A stretch of DNA of 64,000 nucleotides from a virus. The DNA is taken from positions 1 through 64,000 of IMG/VR virus record IMGVR_UViG_3300015371_000003; one strand, 5' to 3'. Position numbers and translations under genes: made by a program. Under the pieces are notes generated by a model. That model had not been told where the DNA came from. It ran no database searches and saw nothing but the letters and a program-made list of their open reading frames with translations. Below, piece after piece: positions 40,193-50,100 of the stretch. Within the stretch, counting starts at the first letter, position 1. The number at the start of each line of letters is the position of its first letter.

Positions 40193-40332
40193 CAAACGCC
40201 CCACGCTCATGCTACTGTGGTGAACAGGCGACAGGAGTGTCGAGCACAACCGGCGCAAGGTAAGTTGACAAACTTCCGGATAGGTGCTACACTCGTTGTT
40301 GGTTGCAGTTCAACTCAATGGAGTGAGAGCAC

Positions 40333-42312
40333 ATGGAGTTTGTTTCCTTCGGATTCACGAACGATGAGGCGGCTGGTTCCCCGGAACTATTGGGGGGCAA
40401 GGGCGCGGGCCTCTTGTGGCTGTCACGGCAAGGGGTGCCGGTGCCACCCGGATTCGTGATTCCTACGTCCGTCTGGGCGGAGTACGACAAAAAGCCGAAG
40501 TCCACGATGAAGGCGATTGCCAAGGCATTGCCGGTCTATCTGAAGCAACTCGACGCCTACTTCGGGTACCGTCCGCTTCTTTCCGTCCGCTCGGGTGCCC
40601 GTGTCTCGTGCCCCGGCATGATGGATACGATCCTCAACGTGGGGATCGACGGCGATACCACGGCGGAATGGCTCAAGCGGTTGGGTCCGACGTGCTTCGG
40701 GGATAGCTTCAAGCGGCTGGTCCAGATGTACGGGTCCGTCGTCAAGGGGCTTCGCAAGGAAATCTTCGACGGGGATCTGAAGACGGCCCTCGACGTGTAT
40801 CAGGCCAAAACGGAGCAGGCGTTTCCGGACGCTGAAGCCCAACTCCTTGGAGCCATCGAAGCGGTGTTCAAGTCGTGGGATAACGACCGGGCGGAGGAGT
40901 ACCGCAAGATGCACGGGTACGACCGGGCGTGGGGAACGGCGGTCACGGTGCAAGCGATGGTCTTCGGGAATCTGAACGACCAGAGCGGAACCGGCGTGCT
41001 GTTCACGCGCAACCCGAATACCGGCGACAACGAAGTCACGGGCGAATATCTCCGCAACGCGCAGGGGGAAGATATCGTGGCCGGGATCCGGACCCCGGAG
41101 CAGTTGCACGAGTTGCCGTTTGATTTCGGCGTGCCCTTGCATTCGGATCTTCTGGATCTGGTCAAGAAACTCGAAACGCTCAAGCGGGAAATGCTCGACA
41201 TCGAATTCACGATTCAGAACGGCAAGCTGTATCTCTTGCAGGTTCGCAGTGGCAAGCGCACGGCTATTGCCGCCCTGAAGATTGCGGTGGATCTGACGAA
41301 GCAGGGGTTGATCGATGCTCAAACAGCGGTGAGCCGGGTATCGCCCCGTGAATTCGATTTGGCGCAGGAAACGATACTGGATCCGGCGTTTACGACGGTC
41401 CCGGCATTTCAGGGGATCGGAGCCAGCAACGGGATCGTCAGCGGCGTGCCGGTGTTCACGAAGGAAGACGCCATCGAAAGCAAGGTGCCCTGCATCCTCG
41501 TGCGAGAAGAAACGACGCCGGAGGATATCAAGGGAATGAATGCGGCGGCGGGCGTGCTGACGATGAAGGGGGGCTTCACGTCGCATGCGGCGGTGGTGGC
41601 CCGTCAGATGAATCGGGCGTGCGTCGTCGGGCTGGAGCAGTCGGTGGAAGCGTTTACGAATGTCGAAGTCATCAGCCTTGACGGAGCCACGGGCCGGGTG
41701 TGGACCGAAAAGGTGCCGGTCATCAGCGGGCAGACCAACGGCGTGGTCAAGGATTTCACGGCAATGGTCTACTCGACACTGAACGGGGTCATCCCGATTG
41801 TGTTCGACGTGCCCACGGTGCCGGTCAACGAAGCGTTGCTCTATCTGGGGGATCAGATTCTGCATCCGGAGCAGGCGATTCAGACGGTGTTGCTCTCGTT
41901 GTCAAAGGTGCAGCGGCTGTATCTGGATCTGGTCCCAAGCGAGGAGGAATCACGGTTCCTCAAGCTGGTGGCGGCTCACAAGGTGACGGAGCGGTTTCTG
42001 GAAGCCTTGTCTCAGGTGCTGCCGAAGCATCACCCGCTGTTTTCTCGGTTGGTGGTGGTGGTCAAGCCGGGAGTGACCGTGGCGTTCTCGCACATGGTGG
42101 CGGGCGCGGATCTGCGGTCCCTCGTGCTGTCGGATACGGAAGTGATTCTGGACGGCGTGGATACGCTGGACCCGGCGATTCAGCGGGTGCTGGCGTGGAA
42201 GCTGGCGCAGGGGCTGTCGGCGGTGTCTATCGGCGCGTATGTGCCGGAGGCCAAGTCCATGTTGAGCGTGTCTCAAGCGTTGCAATTGATTGCCAACGGG
42301 AAGGGGGCATGA
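40333..42312 (+). CDS. PPDK-like dikinase (ATP-grasp plus phospho-His domain) with non-PPDK C-terminus
   Basis: LGGKG, SVRSGA..SCPGMMDT, QGEDIVAG, DIEFT, LQVR, TTPEDI, GGFTSHAAVVAR; no pyruvate-binding TIM barrel. Confidence 0.9.
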   Translation: MEFVSFGFTNDEAAGSPELLGGKGAGLLWLSRQGVPVPPGFVIPTSVWAEYDKKPKSTMKAIAKALPVYLKQLDAYFGYRPLLSVRSGARVSCPGMMDTILNVGIDGDTTAEWLKRLGPTCFGDSFKRLVQMYGSVVKGLRKEIFDGDLKTALDVYQAKTEQAFPDAEAQLLGAIEAVFKSWDNDRAEEYRKMHGYDRAWGTAVTVQAMVFGNLNDQSGTGVLFTRNPNTGDNEVTGEYLRNAQGEDIVAGIRTPEQLHELPFDFGVPLHSDLLDLVKKLETLKREMLDIEFTIQNGKLYLLQVRSGKRTAIAALKIAVDLTKQGLIDAQTAVSRVSPREFDLAQETILDPAFTTVPAFQGIGASNGIVSGVPVFTKEDAIESKVPCILVREETTPEDIKGMNAAAGVLTMKGGFTSHAAVVARQMNRACVVGLEQSVEAFTNVEVISLDGATGRVWTEKVPVISGQTNGVVKDFTAMVYSTLNGVIPIVFDVPTVPVNEALLYLGDQILHPEQAIQTVLLSLSKVQRLYLDLVPSEEESRFLKLVAAHKVTERFLEALSQVLPKHHPLFSRLVVVVKPGVTVAFSHMVAGADLRSLVLSDTEVILDGVDTLDPAIQRVLAWKLAQGLSAVSIGAYVPEAKSMLSVSQALQLIANGKGA

Positions 42313-42572
42313 TGGCTCTAAGCATTGGGGTGTCAGTCGGGAGTAAGATAGATATTGGCGGGCATGTTCTTCAGGTGAAATCACTCGCCCCACCGAATAT
42401 CGTGGTCATCACGATAGATCGTGGGGAGGAGATTGTCATCAGTGAGGGCAAGTCGGTGGAAATTCTGCCGGGGGTCAAGGTGCAATCAGGCTCCGGCGGC
42501 AACCGGCTGGCCTTCCATGCAGCGAAGTCGATTCGGATTTCACGGATGGGGGAAGCCTTTCAAAAGGGTTGA
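42309..42572 (+). CDS. CsrA/RsmA-like protein (divergent, with internal insertion)
   Basis: MALSIGVSVGSKIDIG... and RLAFHAAKSIRISR resemble CsrA MLILTRRVGE.L.IG and VRIG..APK.V.V.R. Confidence 0.55.
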   Translation: MMALSIGVSVGSKIDIGGHVLQVKSLAPPNIVVITIDRGEEIVISEGKSVEILPGVKVQSGSGGNRLAFHAAKSIRISRMGEAFQKG

Positions 42573-42576
42573 ACAG

Positions 42577-42903
42577 ATGCAGATCAGTCCTAAAGTCATG
42601 CGCGTGCTCCAAGCGGAGAAGATTCCTGCTGAGGAACTGTACCGCATGCTGGATGACGTGGCGTTCACGTCGATTCGTGGATGCAACCGGCGGTACTTCC
42701 AGTGGTTGTTTCTCGTGAAGGATAATGTCCTTCAGGATATGCAGCGGCTGGATCTGGTGCAAGTCGGGAAAGGCCAGAACCGCATGCTGGAGGAGCACGA
42801 AGCATGCGACGGCGAAGGCTGTCGGGAGTGCGGGTGGGTAGGCAGTATTTCACGGGCCGTAAACGACGTGACGGCCACGATGATCCAGTCCGCAGGGTTT
42901 TGA
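42577..42903 (+). CDS. hypothetical protein with C-terminal Cys motif
   Basis: CDGEGCRECGW. Confidence 0.6.
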   Translation: MQISPKVMRVLQAEKIPAEELYRMLDDVAFTSIRGCNRRYFQWLFLVKDNVLQDMQRLDLVQVGKGQNRMLEEHEACDGEGCRECGWVGSISRAVNDVTATMIQSAGF

Positions 42904-42955
42904 CAAACGACCAGTAGTTGTGCGATACTAGATACCTCAAAGGAGTGAGGCTCAG

Positions 42956-43489
42956 ATGGCTTTAGGGCAGTTACGGCTACCAGTGAACAAGCGGCAGTAC
43001 TTCGTGGTGACGGGAGGCCCGTTCCACGAGTGTCCGCCCAACATGCAGGGCGTCAAGATGGCGAAGGAAATCAAGCAGGCGTGTGCCGTGGACATTCCCA
43101 CGGCTGATTTCCAGACGCCGGATCGGTTGGTGCTCTATCGTGGGCTGCACAAAGCCCTCGATTTGGTGCTGGCCGGGGAACCCCTGTATGTGGGGTGCAT
43201 GGGCGGCAAGGGGCGGACGGGGCTGTTTCTGGCCGTGCTGGTCAAAGCCTTCGGGGTCAAGAAACCGGTGGAATTCGTGCGGGCGAACTACTATGCCCAT
43301 GCGGTGGAGACGGATGAGCAAATGGCGTTCGTCCGGAAGTTCACCATTACGCCCCCGATGCGGCGGAAGATCAAGCGGCTTCGGCGGTGGTCGTGGCTCC
43401 GGTTCTGGAAGCGGAACCTGACCCGTCTCCCGGCTCCGGAAGGGGAGAAGCAGGCACCGGCCATGCGGAAGGTGGCCGGAGGCCGGTGA
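42956..43489 (+). CDS. PTP/dual-specificity phosphatase-like protein
   Basis: IPTADF.TP, YVGCMGGKGRTG (CX5R), AVET.EQ. Confidence 0.85.
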   Translation: MALGQLRLPVNKRQYFVVTGGPFHECPPNMQGVKMAKEIKQACAVDIPTADFQTPDRLVLYRGLHKALDLVLAGEPLYVGCMGGKGRTGLFLAVLVKAFGVKKPVEFVRANYYAHAVETDEQMAFVRKFTITPPMRRKIKRLRRWSWLRFWKRNLTRLPAPEGEKQAPAMRKVAGGR

Positions 43490-43559
43490 TTTGACAAACG
43501 CCCACGGTTGGGTGTATACTGGTTGAGTCAGTGGGGAGTCTCAAGGGAGTGAGCAGATC

Positions 43560-44675
43560 ATGAAGTTTCGTCCGACCAACACATTGGCGTATTTCAATGC
43601 CGCGCCCCAGACGCATCTGCATGATCTGTCGGATCTGCCGATTGCGGTGCTGGCGGAGGCCACGAAGAAGTACCGGGAGACGTGCGGCACTGTCTCGCCC
43701 AATGACGGCGCGGTGACGTTCTACACGCTGAACCATTGTGCGTCGATTGTGCGAAAGCTGTTCACGCCCCATGAAACGCTGCCGGAGTGGGCGCGGGTCA
43801 TCATGCAGACCTATACGACCGTTTGCATGGATCAGGGTGAGCGGATGCTGCACTACATCCTGAGTATCACCACACGGGAAATGCGTCATGTGTCCTCCTC
43901 GAAAGAGGCGCTGTGGAACGGCATGACGAAAGAGGCCGGAGCAGCGGTCGCACAGTTCATCAAGGGGAACTGCGCCAACGGGGAAGATTCGGCGGTGTCG
44001 AAGTACATGAACAATCCGCCGAATGCGACGGTGGGGCAGTACATCGGCGGCATGGCGTACGGGTTCTGGAATGGGTGGGGGAAGTACACCCCGGAGACAA
44101 TGGAGAATTGGAGCGGCGGCTACGGTGGCCCGACGTGGGCACTTGTGGCGGAAGCGGCTCGGGCCATGCTGACGGGCACCACGTCAATGGAAATGCTGGT
44201 GGACACGGGCTATACGCTGGCCCACAACGGTGGTCCCATTTTCAACAAGGGGATGATGTACACCCACTACGACAGTCATTTCCTGACGATTCTGGATTTA
44301 CAGCGGGCGGGTCAGATGCTGGATCTGCTGACCGGGACCAATTTGCATGGGATCAAGAAGACGCCTGAAGCGGTGGCGGCGGTGGCAGCGATTCAGCAAC
44401 CCGAGGCACAGCAGGCGATTGAAACGTTTCTGCCGGGAGAGGTGATTTTCAAGGGGTACATCGATTGGAAGCTGGTGGATGATCTTCGCCCGGATAAGTC
44501 GAAGAACCCCGGCAAGTATCACGCGCAGATTCACGCGCAGGCGCAGCCTACGGCGACGGTGAAGCCGAAGCCGAAGACGATCAAGTTTCACGGGAAGAAG
44601 GCCAAGGCAGTCGGGGAATTTCTGGTCTATCCCAAGCAGACGGTCAAGATTATCGAACGGACGGGGGGCAAGTGA
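43560..44675 (+). CDS. hypothetical protein (YGG..W, D....LAHNGGPIFNKG motifs)
   Basis: Own promoter and hairpin SD; conserved-looking polar motifs, function unknown. Confidence 0.7.
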   Translation: MKFRPTNTLAYFNAAPQTHLHDLSDLPIAVLAEATKKYRETCGTVSPNDGAVTFYTLNHCASIVRKLFTPHETLPEWARVIMQTYTTVCMDQGERMLHYILSITTREMRHVSSSKEALWNGMTKEAGAAVAQFIKGNCANGEDSAVSKYMNNPPNATVGQYIGGMAYGFWNGWGKYTPETMENWSGGYGGPTWALVAEAARAMLTGTTSMEMLVDTGYTLAHNGGPIFNKGMMYTHYDSHFLTILDLQRAGQMLDLLTGTNLHGIKKTPEAVAAVAAIQQPEAQQAIETFLPGEVIFKGYIDWKLVDDLRPDKSKNPGKYHAQIHAQAQPTATVKPKPKTIKFHGKKAKAVGEFLVYPKQTVKIIERTGGK

Positions 44676-45406
44676 TGGCGTGGGAAGACTGGAAGTCCAA
44701 GAAGCAGTCGGCGGACACGGCGTTCGCAGGCACGGCGTACTCGGTGCGGTGTTACGAGTCACACCCCGTGCTCAAGATCGGCAAGGGCAGGCTCTATGGG
44801 GGTAGTGCTCGCAACCCGGTGAAGGAGATGGACGTGTATGTGGTCCTTCAGAACGGGGATCAGGGCGGGCGGCAGTCGGATCCGTGGGACAAGCAGGCAG
44901 TCACGGAAATCTACTACGGCATCAACGACATGCACGCGCCGTCCAACGTGGCCCGGTTCAAGAAGCTGGTGACGTGGATTTGCACTCAATTGCAGGCGGG
45001 CAAGAAGGTCCACGTCGGCTGTATCGGTGGGCATGGACGAACCGGCACGGTGCTCTCCGCCATCATCGCGGAGGCGTTGAAGGAGAAGGATGCGATCCAG
45101 TGGGTGCGGAAGCACTACTGCAAGAAGGCGGTGGAGTCCAAGGATCAAGTCGCGTTCCTGATGAAGCATTACGGGGTGACGCAGGCCAAGGCGACGAAGG
45201 ATTACACGGGGTTGCTCCGGCGAGACAGCATTGAACCGGTCAGGACGGCGGGTCAAATGCCGTTGCTCCAACCGTCGTGGGTGAACACCCCGGTGGGTCA
45301 GGTGAAGTCAGGGACCACGAAGCGGGCGGTGCCGGAGAAGGCCACGAAGTCGTATGGCCCCATGGCGTCCGTCCGGAGTCTGTGGAAGCCCAAGCGGGGG
45401 ATTTGA
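44675..45406 (+). CDS. PTP/dual-specificity phosphatase-like protein
   Basis: INDMHAP, HVGCIGGHGRTG (CX5R), AVES.DQ. Confidence 0.85.
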   Translation: MAWEDWKSKKQSADTAFAGTAYSVRCYESHPVLKIGKGRLYGGSARNPVKEMDVYVVLQNGDQGGRQSDPWDKQAVTEIYYGINDMHAPSNVARFKKLVTWICTQLQAGKKVHVGCIGGHGRTGTVLSAIIAEALKEKDAIQWVRKHYCKKAVESKDQVAFLMKHYGVTQAKATKDYTGLLRRDSIEPVRTAGQMPLLQPSWVNTPVGQVKSGTTKRAVPEKATKSYGPMASVRSLWKPKRGI

Positions 45407-45474
45407 CAAATCCCTAGCCCGGTGCTATACTGGATGCCGGTCGAGTAAACTTTAGCTCAAGGGAGTGGGCAGCA

Positions 45475-46434
45475 ATGGCAGTGAAACTTAGTTCCGAAGC
45501 ACAGTTGGTGTTCTTCAACCAAATCTTCGGGTCAACCCATCCGGTGGTCGGACAGGCCAAAGCCCTGTTGCAGTCCGGGGTCACGTTCGAAGTCGGTCTG
45601 TACGAGATACAGGCGCATGTCGGCGGCAAGCTGTTGACCAGTCTCAAGCTGACCTATGGGACCACGCCACTGATGAAGGGGCAGGCCAATTCGGTGGTGC
45701 TCGGTCACAACAAAGCCCTCATCGAAGGGTGGGTGGAGGGGGTGTTCAAGAAGCAGGGATCCCCGGCGGTGTATGCGGCGGCGGTGGCTCCGAAGGCTCT
45801 GGTATCGGTGGTGCTCACGGGCGTCTCGGCTCTCGTGGGATCGGTGCTCCCGCTGATCAAGGTGGTTAATGAAGCAATGGGAACCACGGGCACCCTCAAG
45901 GATGCCAAAGCTGCCGTGGACAAGGCCAAGGATGGCATTGCGTCGGTCATCGGTTCGTTTTCGCCCGCTGATGCGGCAACGTTGGCGGCGGCACTGCAAG
46001 CCAAAGGTGGACAGGTGACGGTTGGGGGTGTGGCACCGAAGCCGGTGTTTGCTCCGCAACAGCCGGTGGCCTACAACGCGGCGAAGGTGGATGCCGTGAT
46101 CGATTTGAAAGCGGCGGCGGCACTCGGCCAGAAGGTGCATGGGACCAGTACGGGCAGCGTCTACTACTGCATTGCGATGACGGAGCACGTCAAGGTGGCG
46201 GCACGGCTGACCGCCGGAGGTTCTGTCTCCATTCGCGTGGAGTGGACGGACAATCCGAAGGATGATCTGAAGAAGCTGACGGAGGCCGGGGTCATCATGA
46301 AGCAGGGGTATGGCTCCATCCATTTCGATGCCGAGAACGTGCCCATGCCGCGAGTCGTCGGCGCGTTTCTTCTGGGCACCGGCATCAACTGGAAGCAGAT
46401 CGTCACCAACGGTGCGGAACTGGTGGTGGCGTGA
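45475..46434 (+). CDS. protein with internal ribosomal bL12 (L7/L12) C-terminal-like domain
   Basis: VSVVL...LIKVVNEAMG..GTLKDAKAAVDKA...SPADAATLAAALQAKGGQVTV. Confidence 0.6.
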   Translation: MAVKLSSEAQLVFFNQIFGSTHPVVGQAKALLQSGVTFEVGLYEIQAHVGGKLLTSLKLTYGTTPLMKGQANSVVLGHNKALIEGWVEGVFKKQGSPAVYAAAVAPKALVSVVLTGVSALVGSVLPLIKVVNEAMGTTGTLKDAKAAVDKAKDGIASVIGSFSPADAATLAAALQAKGGQVTVGGVAPKPVFAPQQPVAYNAAKVDAVIDLKAAAALGQKVHGTSTGSVYYCIAMTEHVKVAARLTAGGSVSIRVEWTDNPKDDLKKLTEAGVIMKQGYGSIHFDAENVPMPRVVGAFLLGTGINWKQIVTNGAELVVA

Positions 46435-47185
46435 TGATCTGCCGGGATGCGATCCGATTGGAGTCGGCGGCGGCACAGCACGAACTGAAGCTGCTCGAAT
46501 CGATGCAGGTCGGGGGCACCCGGCGAGGGGTGCTTCTTCCGGCCCTCTCCGTGGGGGTGGAGTGGACCCTGATGACGGCCAAGCCGGGGTACTGGGAATT
46601 CGACGGCACGTTTTTCGGTCAGCCGTTCTACCGGCTGGTCATTCGCACGGATGCGGGGTTGCTGACGCTCGAAGTGCAGGAGGCCAAGTAATGGATCTGG
46701 CGTATTTCGCGGCGGATACCCTTGGGGTGACGCTCTACCAAATTGGGGACACGTTGACGGCCAACGAGGTGCGCCAGACGGCACTCGGGCCATGGACGCT
46801 GGATCTGCCGATGGATGTGGAGTCCGATATCCTCTCCGGCACTGAGCTAGGCTTCTGGGTCACGCTTGGCAAGCAATTGCACCTCTACGTGGTCGTGCGG
46901 GAGAAGGAGAACTGGCTGTTCGTCCTGAACCACACGAAGCTGGCGGACTGCGAGCAACAGACCCTGTTCGAAGCCCAGACCATCATCGGACGGCTGAAGG
47001 AATTCAAACCGGCTATTGTGGGCGTGTTTGAGTGGGGTGACAACGAGTGGACCCAAGTCAAGTATGATGGGGGCGGGAGCGAGCATGCTGACGATCTGGA
47101 CGAAGGGTCTTCCGAACAAGGTACTGCAAGCGTTCTCCCCGGTGCTGCGTTCGGTACCGCATCTGCCCGTCCACGTCGTCAGTGA
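46431..47185 (+). other. two hypothetical genes (46431-46691, 46691-47185)
   Basis: Coupled ORFs upstream of the polymerase. Confidence 0.55.
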
Positions 47186-50100
47186 TTTTACCGTCCCCGC
47201 TGGCACCAAGACCATCTTGGCGCTTGGCGGGGATTCTCTCAAGCAACTCCAAACCGAAAAGGTGATCGCCAAGAACCGGACGATCACCGCCTACCGGACC
47301 CTCCCGCAAATGCGGGGCGGCGTGCCGGTGCTCATCAGCTACGATTCGAGCATCGGAGAGATTGATTACGGCTACCACGTCGATCTGTTGACGGACGTGA
47401 CGCTGGCGATTCGGTTTTGTCTGACCGGCAACTGGAAACCCGCCTACGGCAAGTATCGCTACGTCCCTGACTTCGCGGAGCTATGCACGTCGATTGAGCA
47501 GCAGCACAAGGCGACCGGCAAACCGGTGGACGTGGCGAAGGATCTGGAAACGTTGGGGCTGGATCCGTATGCCCTCCCCTCCCTGAATCCTCTCTACCCC
47601 GGTGCCTACATCGTGACCATGCAGGCCACGCACCAAGCGGGCACCGCAGATGTAGTGCGCTTCAGTAATCGGGAACACGAGACGGAACGTTTACAAGATC
47701 AGACACTTCGTGAGCAGATTGAGTTTCTGTTGCGCTGTCCCTACGTGCGGCTGAAGGGGGCGAATTTCAAATACGATTTGCATTGGCTGTGGAAGCGGGG
47801 CGGCTTTACCTGTTCCACGTTCTGTTTTGATACCACTATCGTTGGCTCGCTGCTGGATGAGAACCGGTCCAACTCCCTCGACACGCACACCAAGATTTAC
47901 GTGCCGTCGTTGGGTGGGTATGCAGACGTGTTCAACGCGACGGTGGACAAGAGTCGCATGGATCAAGTTCCACCGGATCAACTTCTCCCGTATGCGGGCG
48001 GCGACGTGGATGCGGATCTACAGGTGGCGGCAGCACAGAAGTCGGAACTACTCCGAGACAAGCAACTCACCTCGTTCTACGTGAACATCCTCCACCCGGC
48101 AGCACGGGCCTTCGAATGGGTGGAGCAAGGGGGTGTCCTTGTCGATCTGCCTGCCTTTCAGGAACTGAAGGCAGATTTGGAGCAGGAGCACCAACGGCTG
48201 GTCAAAGAGGCGTGCAAGATCATGGGCGGGCGCATCGTGGCGAAGCACGGTTACATGGTGGACCCCGGTGGTTTCAATCTCACCAAGGCGTCCATGCTCT
48301 GTGACTTCATGTTCAGTCCGATGGGGCTGAATCTGAAACCGCAGATGTATACGGCGAAGCCCGATAAGGATGGGATCAAACGCCCCTCGACGGCAATGGA
48401 ACACCTTGAGATGTTTGCGGAGGTGCCGGAGGCCAAAGCCTTCGTGGAGATTATCCGTGAAGACTCTGGGGTGATGAAGACGTATAACACCTATGTGGTA
48501 GGGTTCTTGGAACATCTCAGGTCGGACGGACGCTTTCACCCCACGTATTATTTGTTCGTAGGCAACCGGGATGACGGGGAAGGCGGGGCCAAGACGGGGC
48601 GGCTCTCCTGTAAAGCTCCGGCCTTCCAGTGTTGCGTGGGCGAGACAGAAGTGGTCACGAATCAGGGGTCACGATGTATTGATTGGTTGGTGGAGCAACG
48701 GGGAGCAGGACTCCATGTGCTGAGCCATACCGGGCAGTGGCAACCGATTGTAGACGTGCATCGAAATGGCGTCCAGCCAGTGTTTCGTGTGAGCACGGTT
48801 AGTGGTCGTGCAATTGACTGCACGGCAAACCATCCGTTGTTGACGCCTGTTGGGTGGGTAAGAACAGATCAGTTGGTGGTGGGGGATCGCTGTTATGTCA
48901 CTCGGACACCGCACGCAACATTACACGAGTCCGACGTATTACTCGTGGAGCGCGATGAAGAATCGTTGCTTGTCGAAGACATCGAAAGATTGGTCCAAGT
49001 ATGGGGGGCGTGGGATCAAAGTGTGCCCTCAGTGGATGACCTTCGAAGGCTTCTTGAACAACATGGGCGAGAAGCCGGGGAAGGGATGGTCTATCGAGCG
49101 GAAAGACGTAAACGGGAATTACGAACCGGGCAATTGTTACTGGGCGACATTGAAGGAGCAGGGCAGCAATCGTCGGAATACCAAATGGATTACATTCGAG
49201 AACAAGACGCAGACCGAGGCGCAGTGGGCGCGGGAGTACGGGATTTCCAGAGGCCGGTTGCATTACCGGCTCTCGATTGGCCTTCCGATGGAGCAAGCAC
49301 TGATGAAGACTACCCGCCCGACCGGAGTGTCTTCCAAGAAGACTGCATCGTTTCTATCGAACCAGTAGGTGAGCGAGAGACGTTTGATTTGACCATTGAA
49401 GGCAGTCATTCGTTCATAGCGAACGGGATTGCGGTCCACAACACGGTGCCCAAGCACACCAAGTACGCACAGCGAATCCGGCGTTGTTATCCGGCTCCAC
49501 CCGGATACGTGGTTGTGGAGCGGGATTACGGACAAGGGGAGCTACGGGTCATTGCGTGCGTAGCCCACGAGACGGGCATGCTGGCGGTGTTCAAAGCAGG
49601 CCGGGACATTCACGCAGACACCGCAGCCCCCTTCTCCGGCTTCACGTATGAGAAGCTGATGGCGTTGGAGGCGACGGATCCCCACACCTTCGAAGAAACG
49701 CGGCAGCTTGGCAAGGCAGGCAATTTTGGGTTGTGCTTCGGCATGAAGGAAGATGGGTTTGTCATCTACGCACGGGTGAACTACGGGGTGAACCTCTCGT
49801 GGGATGAGGCGCACGATTTTCGAAACGGGTTCTTCAAGAAGTACCCGCAACTGCTGGTCTATCACGAGTGGGCCAAGTCGTATGCGCGGCAACACAAATT
49901 CATTCGAACCCCCCTTGGACGGCTGAGACACCTCCCCCTGATCAAGAGTCCCAATCGAGAAGTGGCGGCAAAGGCGGAGCGGCAGGCCATCAACAGTCCG
50001 ATTCAAGGGTGCCTCACGGATATGGGCCTGTGGACGATAGCGTTGGAGCAACAGTCCGGGTTGGCAGAGATTGCGCCATGCTTCGGAGCCTGCCATGATT

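Noticed and set aside
40229-40242. CGACA-GGAG-TGTCG hairpin as a CsrB-like sponge RNA
   Set aside because: A single hairpin in a short leader is too little to call an sRNA; at most an extra operator for the dikinase operon.
40423-41865. Long minus-strand ORFs (also 13112-14047, 45532-46476, 57307-58389 and others)
   Set aside because: Antisense shadows of GC3-rich plus-strand genes; no motifs or RBS.
41700-42308. N-terminal extension of the CsrA-like ORF in the track
   Set aside because: Overlaps the dikinase in another frame and is low-complexity; the likely start is the ATGA overlap at 42309.
40333-42312. Functional pyruvate phosphate dikinase (ppdK) as a metabolic gene
   Set aside because: The C-terminal PEP/pyruvate-binding barrel is absent and the protein is about 200 aa too short.
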